A stretch of 64,000 nt of DNA, from assembly GCF_050920415.1 (NCBI RefSeq), contig NZ_CP169309.1; one strand, 5' to 3'. The notes beneath the pieces were generated by a model, which had not been told where the DNA came from, searched no databases, and worked only from the letters and a program-made list of their open reading frames with translations. A program made the position numbers and the translations under genes. Origin of the DNA: Escherichia coli (lineage in GTDB: Bacteria > Pseudomonadota > Gammaproteobacteria > Enterobacterales > Enterobacteriaceae). Below, one piece after another: positions 1 to 14,381 of the stretch. The stretch's first letter is position 1. Each line of letters begins with the position of its first letter.

Positions 1-563
1 CCCTTCGTCTCAGCCGTTACGCGCTCTGCCGCTTCGGCAATGGCGTTATCTGCCGCCGGGGTAGTAACTTCATCTTCTGTACCCGCAGAACCGGAGTTCA
101 GCGCGTCACGTACTTCCAGGGTCAGACGACCACGAGAATCGGTGACGATGTCTTTCACATCCAGACGACCAATTTCAGAACGCAGACGGTCAGAGAACTT
201 ACGTTTCAACAGCACTTCCGCTTGCGAAATGTCGCCACCGCCCGTTGCCAGGTAGTAACGGCTAAAATCACTGATGCGCCATTTGATGTAAGAGTCGACG
301 ATCAGGTCTTTCTTCTCTTTAGTCACAAAGCGGTCGGCCTGGTTGTCCATGGTCTGAATACGTGCATCAAGCATTTTCACCGTTTCAATGAACGGTATCT
401 TGAAATGCAGACCCGGCTCATAAACCAGAGGTTTGTTGTCATCGTCACGCAGTACCTTACCAAAACGCAGCGTAATACCGCGCTCACCTTCTTTGACGAC
501 AAAGACAGACATGTAAAGCACTACCAGCACGATGATGATAATCGCGATAACTGACTTACGCAT
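1..563 (-). CDS. hflC: HflC, FtsH protease modulator (partial; C-terminal part lies beyond window start)
   Basis: Reverse complement of 541-563 encodes MRKSVIAI..., start ATG at 561-563, 2 bp after the hflK stop; frame stays open to the window edge, so absent from the ORF track. Confidence 0.8.
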   Translation of the reverse strand, partial: MRKSVIAIIIIVLVVLYMSVFVVKEGERGITLRFGKVLRDDDNKPLVYEPGLHFKIPFIETVKMLDARIQTMDNQADRFVTKEKKDLIVDSYIKWRISDFSRYYLATGGGDISQAEVLLKRKFSDRLRSEIGRLDVKDIVTDSRGRLTLEVRDALNSGSAGTEDEVTTPAADNAIAEAAERVTAETK

Positions 564-565
564 CG

Positions 566-1825
566 TTATTCCCCCTGACGCTGGTAGTCGTTACGCTGCG
601 CGTTAGCGCGGCGTTGGTCCATAATATCGCCCTGACTGGTGGACGACGTGTTGCTTGCACCACTGGTTGTGGAGGAAGAGGCTGGCGGCAGACGCAGCAG
701 ATTGCTGGCACCGTTATCGCTCTTCGCCGCAGGGGCATTGCCACCTTTCAGCATCTGGTCTAACGGCAGAACCATCAGGTTGCCACCTTTATCGTTAACC
801 AGCACTTTGCGGGTGTTGCCCAACACTTTTTCCATCGTCTCGATATACAGACGCTCGCGGGTAATTTCCGGCGCAGCTTTATATTCCGGCAGAAGTTTAG
901 CAAAGCGTGCCACTTCACCCTGGGCTTCCAGGATAGTCTGAGCCTTGTACGCACGCGCCTCTTCGAGGATACGTTGCGCCTGACCGTTCGCACGCGGCTG
1001 AACTTCGTTGGTATACGCTTCTGCTTCACGAATGTATTGCTGTTCGTTTTCACGCGCGGCAATCGCATCGTCAAACGCCGCTTTTACTTCTTCCGGCGGA
1101 CGAGCTGCCTGGAAGTTGACGTCCAGCAGAGTGATACCCATGTCATACGGACGAATCGTCTCTTCCAGTTCGCGCTGAGTATCGCTACGAATCACGGTAC
1201 GACCTTCCGTCAGAATGCGGTCCATGGTGTATTTACCGATAACCCCACGCAGGGCGCTGTCGGTAGCCTGACGCAGGCTGTCATCCGGACTGGTCACGCT
1301 ATACAGATATTTTTCCGGATTGGTGACGCGGTACTGTACGTTCATCTCAACGCGCACCACGTTTTCGTCCGACGTCAGCATCACACCGGAAGCAGCCAGT
1401 TCACGCACGGCTTCCACGTTCACCGGTTTGACTTCGTCGATAAACGTCGGTTTCCAGTTCAGACCCGGCTCAACCAGATGGCTGAATTTACCAAAGCGTG
1501 TTACCACGCCGCGTTCGGCTTCTTTAATGGTGTAGAAACCACTGGCCGCCCAAATAATGACAATCGCTGCCGCTGCGATGGTAACGACACGACCGCCAAG
1601 CTGCGGGCGCGGGCCTTGCGATGAATTACCACCGCCAGATCCGGTGCCTTTACCGCCGCCCAGACCACCGAGCTTTTTGCTCAGTTTGCGGAAGATATCA
1701 TCTAAATCAGGTGGCCCTTGATCGCGACCGCCTTTGTTTCCATTTCCCTCAGAGTTGCCGCCAGGTTTGCTGCTTCCCCACGGGTCGCGGTCTTGTCCGT
1801 TATTACCGGGCTGATTCCACGCCAT
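566..1825 (-). CDS. hflK: HflK, FtsH protease modulator
   Basis: 419-aa ORF with band-7/SPFH-like sequence and Gly-rich N-terminus; operon position hflX-hflK-hflC. Confidence 0.93.
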   Translation of the reverse strand: MAWNQPGNNGQDRDPWGSSKPGGNSEGNGNKGGRDQGPPDLDDIFRKLSKKLGGLGGGKGTGSGGGNSSQGPRPQLGGRVVTIAAAAIVIIWAASGFYTIKEAERGVVTRFGKFSHLVEPGLNWKPTFIDEVKPVNVEAVRELAASGVMLTSDENVVRVEMNVQYRVTNPEKYLYSVTSPDDSLRQATDSALRGVIGKYTMDRILTEGRTVIRSDTQRELEETIRPYDMGITLLDVNFQAARPPEEVKAAFDDAIAARENEQQYIREAEAYTNEVQPRANGQAQRILEEARAYKAQTILEAQGEVARFAKLLPEYKAAPEITRERLYIETMEKVLGNTRKVLVNDKGGNLMVLPLDQMLKGGNAPAAKSDNGASNLLRLPPASSSTTSGASNTSSTSQGDIMDQRRANAQRNDYQRQGE

Positions 1826-1910
1826 GTTTGTGCTCCATATTTGTTATGCGGTGATCCCTGTTGTCTTTCGACGCCAGAGGATATGACTCCACGCTTCAGA
1901 CGCTACGCCG

Positions 1911-3191
1911 TTAGATCAAGTAATCGATCAACGCCGGTTCTTGTTTGCAGAGGCGACGCCAGTCAACGATCGGCATACGAACTTGCAGACTTACGCTGCC
2001 GTCCTCCTCCATCCACTCTTTTTCTATTGCCTGAAGCTGATAAAAACGACTTCTCAGACGCCCTTCCTGCGGCGGCAGACGCAATGTATGCTGCGCCACC
2101 TCGCCGGAAAGACGCTCCGTCAAAGCCTGAAAAAGCTGTGGTATCCCCGCTCCGGTCTGCGCAGAAAGCCAGACACGGATCGGTTTGTTCTCTTCGTCCC
2201 GATCAATACGCGGTTCAAAATCTTCCAGCATATCGATCTTGTTCATCACCAGCAGGGTTGGGATCTCGTGAGCATCGATCTCTTCAAGAACCGTATTCAC
2301 CGCTTCGATGTTTTCTTGTACTCGCACATCTGCCGCGTCAATGACGTGCAGCAGCAATGTGGCTTGCCGCGTCTCTTGTAACGTGGCTTTAAATGCCGCC
2401 ACCAGATCGTGCGGCAGGTGGCGAATAAACCCTACGGTATCTGCCAGCACGGTTTCACCGACATCCGCGACGTCAATACGCCGCAACGTCGGGTCGAGGG
2501 TGGCAAACAACTGGTCTGCCGCATAGACCCGCGCTTCGGTGATGCGATTGAAAAGGGTAGATTTACCGGCGTTGGTATATCCCACCAGCGAAACAGTAGG
2601 AACGTCGGCTTTGATACGCGATTGCCGCCCCTGCTCACGCTGTTTTTCAACTCTTTCCAGGCGCGACTGTATCTGCACGATGCGATTACGCAACAAACGA
2701 CGGTCGGTTTCGAGCTGGGTTTCACCCGGACCACGCAAACCGATCCCGCCTTTCTGTCTTTCAAGGTGGGTCCAGCCACGCACCAGGCGCGTAGCCAGAT
2801 GGCGCAACTGCGCCAGCTCAACCTGCAACTTACCCTCATGGGTACGCGCACGTTGGGCGAAAATATCTAAAATAAGGCCGGTGCGGTCGATAACACGACA
2901 CTCGCACAAACGCTCCAGGTTACGCTCTTGCGCCGGGCTCAGGGCATGGTCAAAAAGAACGACCGAAGCACCCGTCGCTTTGACAGCTTCCGCAATTTCA
3001 ACTGCTTTACCTTCACCTACAAAATACTTTGGGTGCGGCGCTTTACGGCTACCGGTAATCACCTGCAATGCTTCGACACCGGCGGAAGAGACCAGAGATT
3101 CAAACTCCTGGAGGTCTTCCATATCTTTGTCTTGCGTAAAATAGATGTGTACCAGTACCGCCTGCTCACCAGCATCATAACGGTCAAACAA
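1911..3191 (-). CDS. hflX: GTPase HflX
   Basis: 426-aa ORF with G-domain motifs ([18 protein letters not shown]). Confidence 0.93.
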   Translation of the reverse strand: MFDRYDAGEQAVLVHIYFTQDKDMEDLQEFESLVSSAGVEALQVITGSRKAPHPKYFVGEGKAVEIAEAVKATGASVVLFDHALSPAQERNLERLCECRVIDRTGLILDIFAQRARTHEGKLQVELAQLRHLATRLVRGWTHLERQKGGIGLRGPGETQLETDRRLLRNRIVQIQSRLERVEKQREQGRQSRIKADVPTVSLVGYTNAGKSTLFNRITEARVYAADQLFATLDPTLRRIDVADVGETVLADTVGFIRHLPHDLVAAFKATLQETRQATLLLHVIDAADVRVQENIEAVNTVLEEIDAHEIPTLLVMNKIDMLEDFEPRIDRDEENKPIRVWLSAQTGAGIPQLFQALTERLSGEVAQHTLRLPPQEGRLRSRFYQLQAIEKEWMEEDGSVSLQVRMPIVDWRRLCKQEPALIDYLI

Positions 3192-3267
3192 GCGTATAAC
3201 CCTCTAAATAGATCAGCGGGGAACGCAGGATCGCTGGCTCCCCGTGTAAAAAAAACAGCATGAAACC

Positions 3268-3588
<321 letters not shown>

Positions 3589-3661
3589 TTATATGCTTAT
3601 TTGTACTTTGAACCTTTCGATTCTGAAAAAATTGCGCACGATACGTCTCAATTGTACACAT

Positions 3662-4612
3662 TCAGCCTGCGATAGCACCAACAACCTGTAATACTTCGTC
3701 ACGCGCCTGTTCTGGTTTTTCACTGTCAAGCCAGTGAACCCCTTCCCAACCACGCAGCCAGGTTATCTGCCGCTTCGCCAACTGTCTCGTGGCGCAAACA
3801 CCTCGATAAACCATTTCATCGTATGAGATTTCGCCTTCAAGGTAAGACCACATCTGGCGATAACCCACACAACGAATGGAAGGCAAGTCCGTATGCAAAT
3901 CTCCTCGGGCAAAAAGCGCCCGGACTTCTGCTTCAAAACCTGAAGCCAACATCTGATGAAAACGCTGCTCAATTCGTTGATGGAGCAGTTCACGGCTCGC
4001 CGGGGCGATGGCGAACTGATGCACCTGATACGGTAGAGCGTCTCCTGACGTTTGCGTCAGTTCCGTTAAAGTTTTACCCGAAATGAAAAAAACTTCCAGT
4101 GCCCGGGAAAGCCTTTGTGGATCATTTGGATGAATCCTTGCTGCCGCAACCGGATCTACCTCCTGAAGTTGACGATGCAATGACTCCCAACCTTGCTCTG
4201 CCGCCTGTTGCTCAATTCTGGCCCGTACTTCGGGGTCTGCCGACGGTAGCGGCGACAACCCTTCCAGCAATGCCTTGAAATACAACATCGTACCGCCCAC
4301 TAATAGTGGGATCCGCCCCGCCGCGGTGATATCGGCCATTTCCGCCAGCGCATCGCGGCGAAAATCAGCGGCCGAATAAGCCTGCGACGGATCGCGAATA
4401 TCCAGCAATCGGTGCGGCGCGGCGAGTAACTCTTCAGCGTTCGGCTTCGCCGTCCCGATATCCATCCCTTTGTAAATAAGGGCAGAATCAACGCTTATCA
4501 ACTCTACTGGTAAAATTTTACGCAGCTCAATGGCTAACGCCGTTTTACCGGAGGCCGTCGGCCCCATCAAAAAAATCGCCTTAGGCAGGCTCGCCTTACT
4601 GATATCACTCAT
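3662..4612 (-). CDS. miaA: tRNA dimethylallyltransferase MiaA
   Basis: 316-aa ORF, P-loop GPTASGKT, overlaps mutL 3' end by 8 bp. Confidence 0.95.
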
Positions 4613-6452
4613 CTTTCAGGGCTTTTATCGCCGGATGTAAATCAACAGATTGTAACAGCCCACCCGGCGGCGTTTTCACAAGTTGCGGACATAACCGTTC
4701 CACGTCCGCCAGCAGGGTGATGGCCTGTGCCATTGACCACTGCGCATGTTCGCTCATCAGATTTCGTGCAATCCACTGCGCAATATTGCCAGGTTCGAAT
4801 ACGGACTGCTTCGCCAGGTAGCCTATCAGTTCAGGAATCAAGATTTGTAAATTTTGTTGGCGTAAGGGTAAAGGCACGGCCCTGATGGTCACATACTGTG
4901 CATCGGACTGGAAATCAATACCCAATTCCGCCAGGGCAGACTGCGCTTTTTCTAATGCCGATTTTTCTTCGCCAGAAACTTTTAGCCGCAACGGAATAAG
5001 CAACGGCTGGGCGCAAACTGGCGTTTCACCCGGCGTCAACTGCGCCTGACGCAGCCAACGTTCTGCCACTGGCAGGGCTAAAAGTGAAATGTTGCCGTCG
5101 CGCTCCAGCAACGCACAGTCGGAATGGACGATAGTCAGTACCCGACCAAAACTCTGACTGTTCGCCGCAAGCGCTGGCTCCTGCGGTTCAGGTGCTTTTG
5201 GTTTTTGCATCGGCGCAGGCGTTTGCAAAAGCTGGCGATACACTTCACCTTGCTGTTTCTGGTAGCCTGGCTGCGCATTTGGCCAGGGGGCAGCCGGACG
5301 ACTGCCTGAGGCGGGCGCAGGAGTGTAGCGCGGAGCTACTGGCTCACGAACTGCCGGTTCAGCAAAATGATTGCGCCCCGCCGCCACGCGGTTTTCCGGG
5401 ATGGCGCGCGGTGCGGGTTGTGGTTCATCGTCCAGCGGTAGCGGCGTTTCCAGTTGCTGTTGTAGCACGCTCAGCACGCCCTGATAGATAAAGTCATGCA
5501 CCAGACGCGACTGATGGAAACGCACTTCGTGTTTGGCAGGGTGCACGTTGACGTCCACCTGATGTGGGTCGATCTCCAGATACAGCACAAATGCCGGTTG
5601 CTGATCGGCCCCCAGTTTGTCTTCACAGGCCTGGCGGATCGCGTGATTGATCAGGCGATCGCGCATCATGCGACCATTCACGTAGCAATACTGAATTTCT
5701 GCCAGTGTGGGCGTGGTGTGGTTTGGATCTGCCACCCAACCGCGCAGCGTGAGATCGCCGTGCTGCCATTCAATCGCCAGCGCATGTTCGAGAAAAGCGG
5801 TGCCGCAAATCGCGCCTAAACGCCGTTCTTTTTGCCCGCCTTCCGGCACTGCGCGGTACTGGCGAACTATTTTGCCGTTATGCGACAGATTGATAGTGAC
5901 GTCGAAACGCGCCAGCGCAATGCGGCGGATGATTTCATCAATATGGTTAAATTCGGTTTTCTCGGTACGCAGGAATTTGCGCCGCGCCGGGGTATTGTAG
6001 AACAGATCCAGCACTTCCAGCGTCGTTCCCACCGGATGCGCCGCCGGTTTAACCGTCACGTCCATATCGCGCCCTTCGGCATACGCTTGCCATGCCTCCT
6101 GCTGCTCTGCGGTGCGCGAAGTGAGCGTCAGACGGGAAACTGAACTGATACTCGCCAGCGCCTCACCGCGGAACCCCAGGCTGATAATAGCTTCGAGATC
6201 GTCCAGAGAGGCGATCTTACTGGTAGCATGACGCGCCAGCGCCAGCGCCAGTTCATCTTTTTTGATACCGCAGCCGTTATCACGAATGCGGATAAGTTTC
6301 GCCCCACCGCGTTCGATATCAATATCAATACGCGTCGCACCCGCATCGAGGCTGTTTTCCACCAGTTCTTTGACTACCGACGCAGGTCGCTCGACCACCT
6401 CACCTGCGGCAATCTGGTTCGCCAGTTGTGGCGGTAAGACCTGAATTGGCAT
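4605..6452 (-). CDS. mutL: DNA mismatch repair protein MutL
   Basis: ORF-track 616 aa; start set at second Met ([23 protein letters not shown]...), GHKL ATPase motifs. Confidence 0.95.
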
Positions 6453-6461
6453 CAATCATCC

Positions 6462-7799
6462 TTAGTTTGGCAGCGTGCGATCTGGCGTCGTCACCGTGCT
6501 GGCCGTTTGTGCCGTTGCCCCCTGCGGCGCAGATTGCATCGGATGCGCAAGGAAATAATTGCGCAGGCCTTTGTAAATGGCTTCTGCCAGCTGTTGTTGG
6601 TAATCGTCGCTCGCCAGCAAACGTTCTTCGCTGTTGTTGCTGATAAAACCGGTTTCGACCAGTACTGATGGGATATCCGGCGAACGCAGAACGCCAAGGC
6701 TGGCATGTTCTGGTCGACGTTTATGAATTTCGCCGATGCGTTGCAACTGACTGATCATACTGGTCGCCACATCATACCCTACCCGCTGGGAATGACCGAA
6801 CTGTAAATCCAGCACCGCCTGGCTTAAATAGGGGTCAGACTGACTGTTCGCCAGCACATCGCCCGCTCCGCCCAGCAGCTCCGACTGTTTCTCATGCTGC
6901 TCCAGCCAGCTGGCCATTTCGCTGTTGGCGCGACGGTTAGAGAGCACCCATACGGAAGCGCCAGTCGCACTGCGGTTCGGTGCGGCATCAGCGTGAATCG
7001 AGACGAGGAAATTGGCGTTTTGCTTACGTGCCACATCGCTGCGCCCCATTACCGAGATAAAGTAATCCCCGTCACGGGTTAAAACGCCCTTAAACATCGG
7101 ATCATCATTGAGTAAAGTACGCAATTTACGTGCGATGGCGATGGTGACATTTTTCTCCCGCGTACCACCAGGGCCGATAGCGCCAGGATCCTGACCGCCG
7201 TGTCCGGCATCAATAGCGATGATAATTTTATCGCCTGTGTTAGCCGTCGCGCGCGCTGCCGGACGCGTTACCGTATTACTGCTGATAACACCCGTAGTGC
7301 GGTTACTTTCCGTTTTAAACGGATTGCGCGCCGGTTCGCTGACGCGCGGTGCGACAACCGCAGGCGTTTCAACGCGCTTCGCAACCACTGGCGGCGGTGG
7401 AGGCGGTGGCGGCGCATCAGCGTTAATCGTAAAGACGACAGTGTAATTGCTACCATTCTGCCGCTTCACCGCTTCGGTTTTACCGTTTTCGGTGAGATCG
7501 ACCACCAGCCGTAGCGTTTGTGCATCTTTAGGCGTTCCAGAGCGAATCGCCTTCACCAGATTATTACCGCTGAACAACAACGGTAGCCCCTGAATCACGC
7601 CCGTTTGTTTGATATCGAGCGCCACGGTGCGTTTGTTTTGATGGCTAAACGCGTAATCAGGATCGCCAGTAAAACTCAATGTTATTCGCGCCTGTTGATT
7701 ACCGTTAGAAACCTGAATATCAGAGAGCGTAGCGGCGCCAGCCTGCGCGCACAGCAGCAGCAACGTCGCTACCAACCAATTTCTGATGCGATACATCAT
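6462..7799 (-). CDS. amiB: N-acetylmuramoyl-L-alanine amidase AmiB
   Basis: ORF-track 450 aa; start set at internal Met (MMYRIRNW...); signal peptide, poly-Pro linker, amidase_3 domain. Confidence 0.9.
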   Translation of the reverse strand: MMYRIRNWLVATLLLLCAQAGAATLSDIQVSNGNQQARITLSFTGDPDYAFSHQNKRTVALDIKQTGVIQGLPLLFSGNNLVKAIRSGTPKDAQTLRLVVDLTENGKTEAVKRQNGSNYTVVFTINADAPPPPPPPPVVAKRVETPAVVAPRVSEPARNPFKTESNRTTGVISSNTVTRPAARATANTGDKIIIAIDAGHGGQDPGAIGPGGTREKNVTIAIARKLRTLLNDDPMFKGVLTRDGDYFISVMGRSDVARKQNANFLVSIHADAAPNRSATGASVWVLSNRRANSEMASWLEQHEKQSELLGGAGDVLANSQSDPYLSQAVLDLQFGHSQRVGYDVATSMISQLQRIGEIHKRRPEHASLGVLRSPDIPSVLVETGFISNNSEERLLASDDYQQQLAEAIYKGLRNYFLAHPMQSAPQGATAQTASTVTTPDRTLPN

Positions 7800-7817
7800 C
7801 CCGCCACCTTTCAAAGG

Positions 7818-9796
<1,979 letters not shown>

Positions 9797-9798
<2 letters not shown>

Positions 9799-10936
9799 GT
9801 CAGAGCCCCTCGATCTCAATCAGTTAGCGCAAAAAATTAAACAGTGGGGGCTGGAACTGGGCTTTCAGCAGGTAGGTATTACCGATACCGATCTCAGCGC
9901 GTCCGAGCCCAAACTGCAAGCATGGCTGGACAAACAATACCACGGCGAAATGGACTGGATGGCGCGTCACGGTATGCTGCGCGCTCGCCCCCATGAGTTA
10001 TTGCCTGGTACGCTGCGCGTCATCAGCGTGCGGATGAATTACCTTCCTGCTAACGCCGCATTTGCCAGCACGCTGAAAAACCCCAAACTCGGCTATGTAA
10101 GTCGTTATGCGTTGGGCCGTGACTATCACAAACTTCTGCGCAACCGACTCAAAAAGCTGGGCGAGATGATTCAGCAACATTGTGTTTCGCTGAATTTTAG
10201 ACCGTTTGTCGATTCTGCGCCTATTCTCGAGCGCCCGTTAGCTGAAAAAGCAGGTCTTGGCTGGACAGGTAAGCACTCACTTATCCTCAATCGCGAGGCC
10301 GGTTCGTTCTTCTTTTTAGGTGAATTACTGGTCGATATTCCGCTGCCCGTGGATCAACCGGTCGAGGAAGGATGCGGTAAATGCGTGGCCTGTATGACGA
10401 TTTGCCCGACCGGCGCCATCGTCGAGCCATATACCGTCGATGCTCGCCGCTGTATCTCTTATCTCACCATTGAACTGGAAGGGGCGATCCCGGAAGAGCT
10501 GCGTCCATTGATGGGAAACCGTATTTACGGTTGCGATGACTGCCAGCTTATCTGCCCGTGGAATCGCTATTCGCAACTCACTAAAGAAGACGATTTCAGC
10601 CCGCGCAAACCACTACACGCACCGGAACTCATTGAGTTATTCGCCTGGAGTGAAGAGAAGTTTTTAAAAGTCACGGAAGGTTCGGCGATTCGCCGTATAG
10701 GTCACCTGCGTTGGCTGCGTAATATCGCCGTGGCATTAGGCAATGCCCCCTGGGATAAAACGATTTTGACAGCGCTGGAAAGTCGTAAAGGTGAGCACCC
10801 ACTTCTTGATGAGCACATAGCGTGGGCGATTGCGCAGCAAATCGAGAGGCGAAATGCGTGCGTCGTAGAGGTACAACTACCGAAAAAACAGCGTCTGGTT
10901 CGGGTGATTGAAAAAGGGTTACCGCGTGACGCCTGA
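9797..10936 (+). CDS. queG: Epoxyqueuosine reductase QueG
   Basis: ORF-track 394 aa; start set at MSEPLDLNQLAQKIK...; 4Fe-4S cysteine motifs (CGKCVACMTICP, CDDCQLICP). Confidence 0.9.
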
Positions 10937-11205
10937 TTCATCCACAGCTTGTGAATAAAAATAAAAACGCATTGCAATTCAAGGCGAATAAAATCGTCAA
11001 GTGATCGACTCGACAAAACGAGATCTTAATTTTCAACCTATATATCAATAAGTTAAAAAAATACTATTCACCGTGCGAAGTTTCTTTGAAATTAAGATTA
11101 CGACATGAGGCTGTGGATAACTCTGTTTACAAGAGTTTGTCAGAGACAACAAAAACCAGCAATAACGCATCGCGTCGCTGTGGATATTTTATTGAGAGAA
11201 GAATT

Positions 11206-11281
<76 letters not shown>

Positions 11282-11316
11282 TTGGGTGGTCTGTGCTTTG
11301 CAGCACTTTCAAATTT

Positions 11317-11392
<76 letters not shown>

Positions 11393-11602
11393 GTACTGCT
11401 TAATTTTGCTTTCGTAATTTTCGCATTTCTGCGTCGTTACGGGAGGCGCATTATACGAGAAATCTTTCCCTCTGCAACCCCCCTAAAAAAATTTTTTTGA
11501 GTTTTTATCTCAAGTGCTGAAATTATCAGCAAGACGTTCAATTTAGCGTCAAAATCACGCCGCCGCAAGTGGATTCCGGCGCTTACGTGACCAGGAAAAA
11601 TT

Positions 11603-12148
11603 TTACAGCTTGATAAAATGCTCGCGGTAGTAAGCCAGTTCTGCCACCGACTCACGGATATCATCCATCGCCTGATGCGTCCCCTGCTTGGTAAAGCCGT
11701 CAAGAATTTCCGGCTTCCAGCGGCGCGCCAGCTCTTTCAGTGTGCTGACATCCAGATAACGGTAGTGGAAGTAGGCTTCCAGCTCCGGCATGTATTTAAA
11801 CAGGAAGCGACGATCCTGGCCGATGCTGTTACCGCAAATCGGCGATTTTCCCGCAGGCACCCACTGTTTTAAGAATTCGAGCGTTGCCAGTTCAGCTTCA
11901 CGATCGCCCATTGTGCTCGCTTTCACGCGCTCCACCAGCCCGCTGGCGGTATGGGTGCGCACGTTCCAGTCATCCATCAGCGCCAGCTGTTCATCAGACT
12001 GGTGTACTGCAATGGTCGGCCCTTCTGCCAGAATATTCAGGTTGGCATCGGTCACCAGCGTGGCAATCTCAATAATGCGATCGCGCTCGGGATCCAGACC
12101 GGTCATCTCAAGATCGATCCAAATCAGGTTGTTTTCATTGGCACTCAT
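11603..12148 (-). CDS. orn: Oligoribonuclease Orn
   Basis: ORF-track 229 aa; start set at [18 protein letters not shown]... (181 aa), DEDDh exonuclease. Confidence 0.92.
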
Positions 12149-12242
12149 GCTATTTTCCACCCATTCACAGTGACTATATTGATCCACAATTGCGTGTATC
12201 ATAGATGTTTTGCCCATCAGGGGCGACCAGGAGTCAGTACGA

Positions 12243-13295
12243 TTGAGTAAAAATAAACTCTCCAAAGGCCAGCAGCGCCGCGTGAACGCCAATCACCAGC
12301 GTCGTCTTAAAACGTCTAAGGAGAAGCCCGACTACGACGACAATCTGTTTGGCGAGCCTGATGAAGGTATCGTCATCAGCCGCTTTGGTATGCACGCTGA
12401 TGTGGAATCCGCCGATGGCGACGTTCACCGCTGCAATATTCGCCGTACCATCCGTTCGCTGGTGACCGGCGATCGCGTAGTCTGGCGTCCGGGTAAACCG
12501 GCGGCAGAAGGCGTAAATGTCAAAGGGATCGTGGAAGCGGTGCATGAGCGCACCTCAGTGTTGACGCGCCCGGATTTCTACGACGGTGTGAAACCCATTG
12601 CTGCCAACATCGACCAGATTGTCATTGTCTCCGCGATTTTGCCGGAGCTGTCGCTCAATATTATCGACCGTTACCTGGTGGCCTGCGAAACCTTGCAGAT
12701 TGAGCCGATTATTGTGCTCAACAAGATAGACCTGCTGGACGACGAAGGCATGGAATTCGTCAACGAGCAGATGGATATCTACCGCAATATCGGTTATCGC
12801 GTATTGATGGTTTCCAGCCATACTCAGGATGGACTGAAACCGCTGGAAGAGGCGTTGACCGGGCGCATCAGTATTTTTGCCGGGCAGTCTGGCGTCGGCA
12901 AATCCAGCCTGCTGAACGCGTTGCTGGGGCTGCAAAAAGAGATCCTGACCAACGACGTCTCGGATAACTCGGGGCTTGGTCAGCACACCACGACTGCCGC
13001 GCGGCTGTATCACTTCCCGCACGGCGGTGATGTGATTGATTCCCCAGGTGTGCGTGAGTTTGGTCTCTGGCATCTGGAACCGGAACAAATTACTCGGGGT
13101 TTTGTCGAATTCCATGACTACTTAGGTCTGTGTAAATATCGCGATTGCAAACACGATACCGATCCGGGCTGCGCTATCCGGGAAGCAGTTGAGGAAGGGA
13201 AAATCGCGGAAACCCGTTTCGAAAACTATCACCGTATTCTGGAAAGCATGGCGCAGGTAAAAACGCGTAAAAACTTTTCTGATACGGATGACTGA
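12243..13295 (+). CDS. rsgA: Ribosome small-subunit biogenesis GTPase RsgA
   Basis: 350 aa from apparent TTG start ([13 protein letters not shown]...); GTPase motifs, C-terminal Cys cluster. Confidence 0.9.
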
Positions 13296-13391
13296 CAATT
13301 AAGCTAACCGTCGTTAGAATCGTCCCCTTTTTTTCAGGATCCGGCATGTAGGCCGGATCAGGAACGACAAAACAATGGCCTGGAGGCTACC

Positions 13392-14360
13392 TTGTTAAAT
13401 TCATTTAAACTTTCGCTACAGTACATTCTGCCGAAATTATGGCTTACTCGCCTGGCGGGTTGGGGCGCAAGCAAGCGGGCAGGATGGCTGACAAAACTGG
13501 TTATCGATCTGTTCGTTAAATACTACAAGGTCGACATGAAAGAGGCGCAAAAGCCGGACACCGCCAGCTACCGCACCTTTAACGAATTCTTTGTCCGTCC
13601 GCTGCGTGACGAAGTACGCCCAATCGATACCGATCCTAATGTACTGGTCATGCCTGCCGATGGCGTTATCAGCCAGTTAGGTAAAATCGAAGAAGATAAA
13701 ATCCTGCAAGCTAAAGGCCACAACTACAGCCTCGAAGCTCTGCTGGCAGGGAACTATCTGATGGCGGATCTTTTCCGTAACGGTACGTTTGTGACCACTT
13801 ACCTCTCTCCGCGTGACTACCACCGCGTGCACATGCCGTGCAACGGTATTCTGCGTGAGATGATCTATGTGCCGGGCGATCTCTTCTCCGTTAACCATCT
13901 CACCGCTCAGAACGTGCCGAATCTGTTTGCCCGTAACGAACGCGTGATCTGCCTGTTCGATACCGAATTTGGCACGATGGCGCAGATTCTGGTCGGGGCG
14001 ACGATTGTTGGCAGCATTGAAACTGTCTGGGCGGGCACCATTACGCCGCCGCGCGAAGGCATCATCAAGCGCTGGACCTGGCCTGCCGGAGAAAACGACG
14101 GTTCAGTGGCGCTGCTGAAAGGCCAGGAAATGGGTCGCTTTAAACTCGGCTCTACCGTTATCAACCTGTTTGCACCGGGTAAAGTTAATCTGGTTGAGCA
14201 ACTGGAAAGCCTGTCTGTCACGAAAATTGGTCAGCCGCTGGCAGTATCTACCGAAACCTTTGTTGCGCCAGACGCAGAACCTGCCCCGCTTCCTGCCGAA
14301 GAGATCGAGGCAGAACACGACGCCAGCCCATTGGTTGACGACAAAAAAGACCAGGTCTAA
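13392..14360 (+). CDS. psd: Phosphatidylserine decarboxylase proenzyme
   Basis: 322-aa [18 protein letters not shown]...; apparent TTG start; LGST self-cleavage motif. Confidence 0.93.
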   Translation: MLNSFKLSLQYILPKLWLTRLAGWGASKRAGWLTKLVIDLFVKYYKVDMKEAQKPDTASYRTFNEFFVRPLRDEVRPIDTDPNVLVMPADGVISQLGKIEEDKILQAKGHNYSLEALLAGNYLMADLFRNGTFVTTYLSPRDYHRVHMPCNGILREMIYVPGDLFSVNHLTAQNVPNLFARNERVICLFDTEFGTMAQILVGATIVGSIETVWAGTITPPREGIIKRWTWPAGENDGSVALLKGQEMGRFKLGSTVINLFAPGKVNLVEQLESLSVTKIGQPLAVSTETFVAPDAEPAPLPAEEIEAEHDASPLVDDKKDQV

Positions 14361-14381
14361 TCCATCAAAGGAAACGCTGAC

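Noticed and set aside
7380-7420. GGC/GGT-rich simple tract
   Set aside because: Reverse complement encodes the poly-proline linker of AmiB
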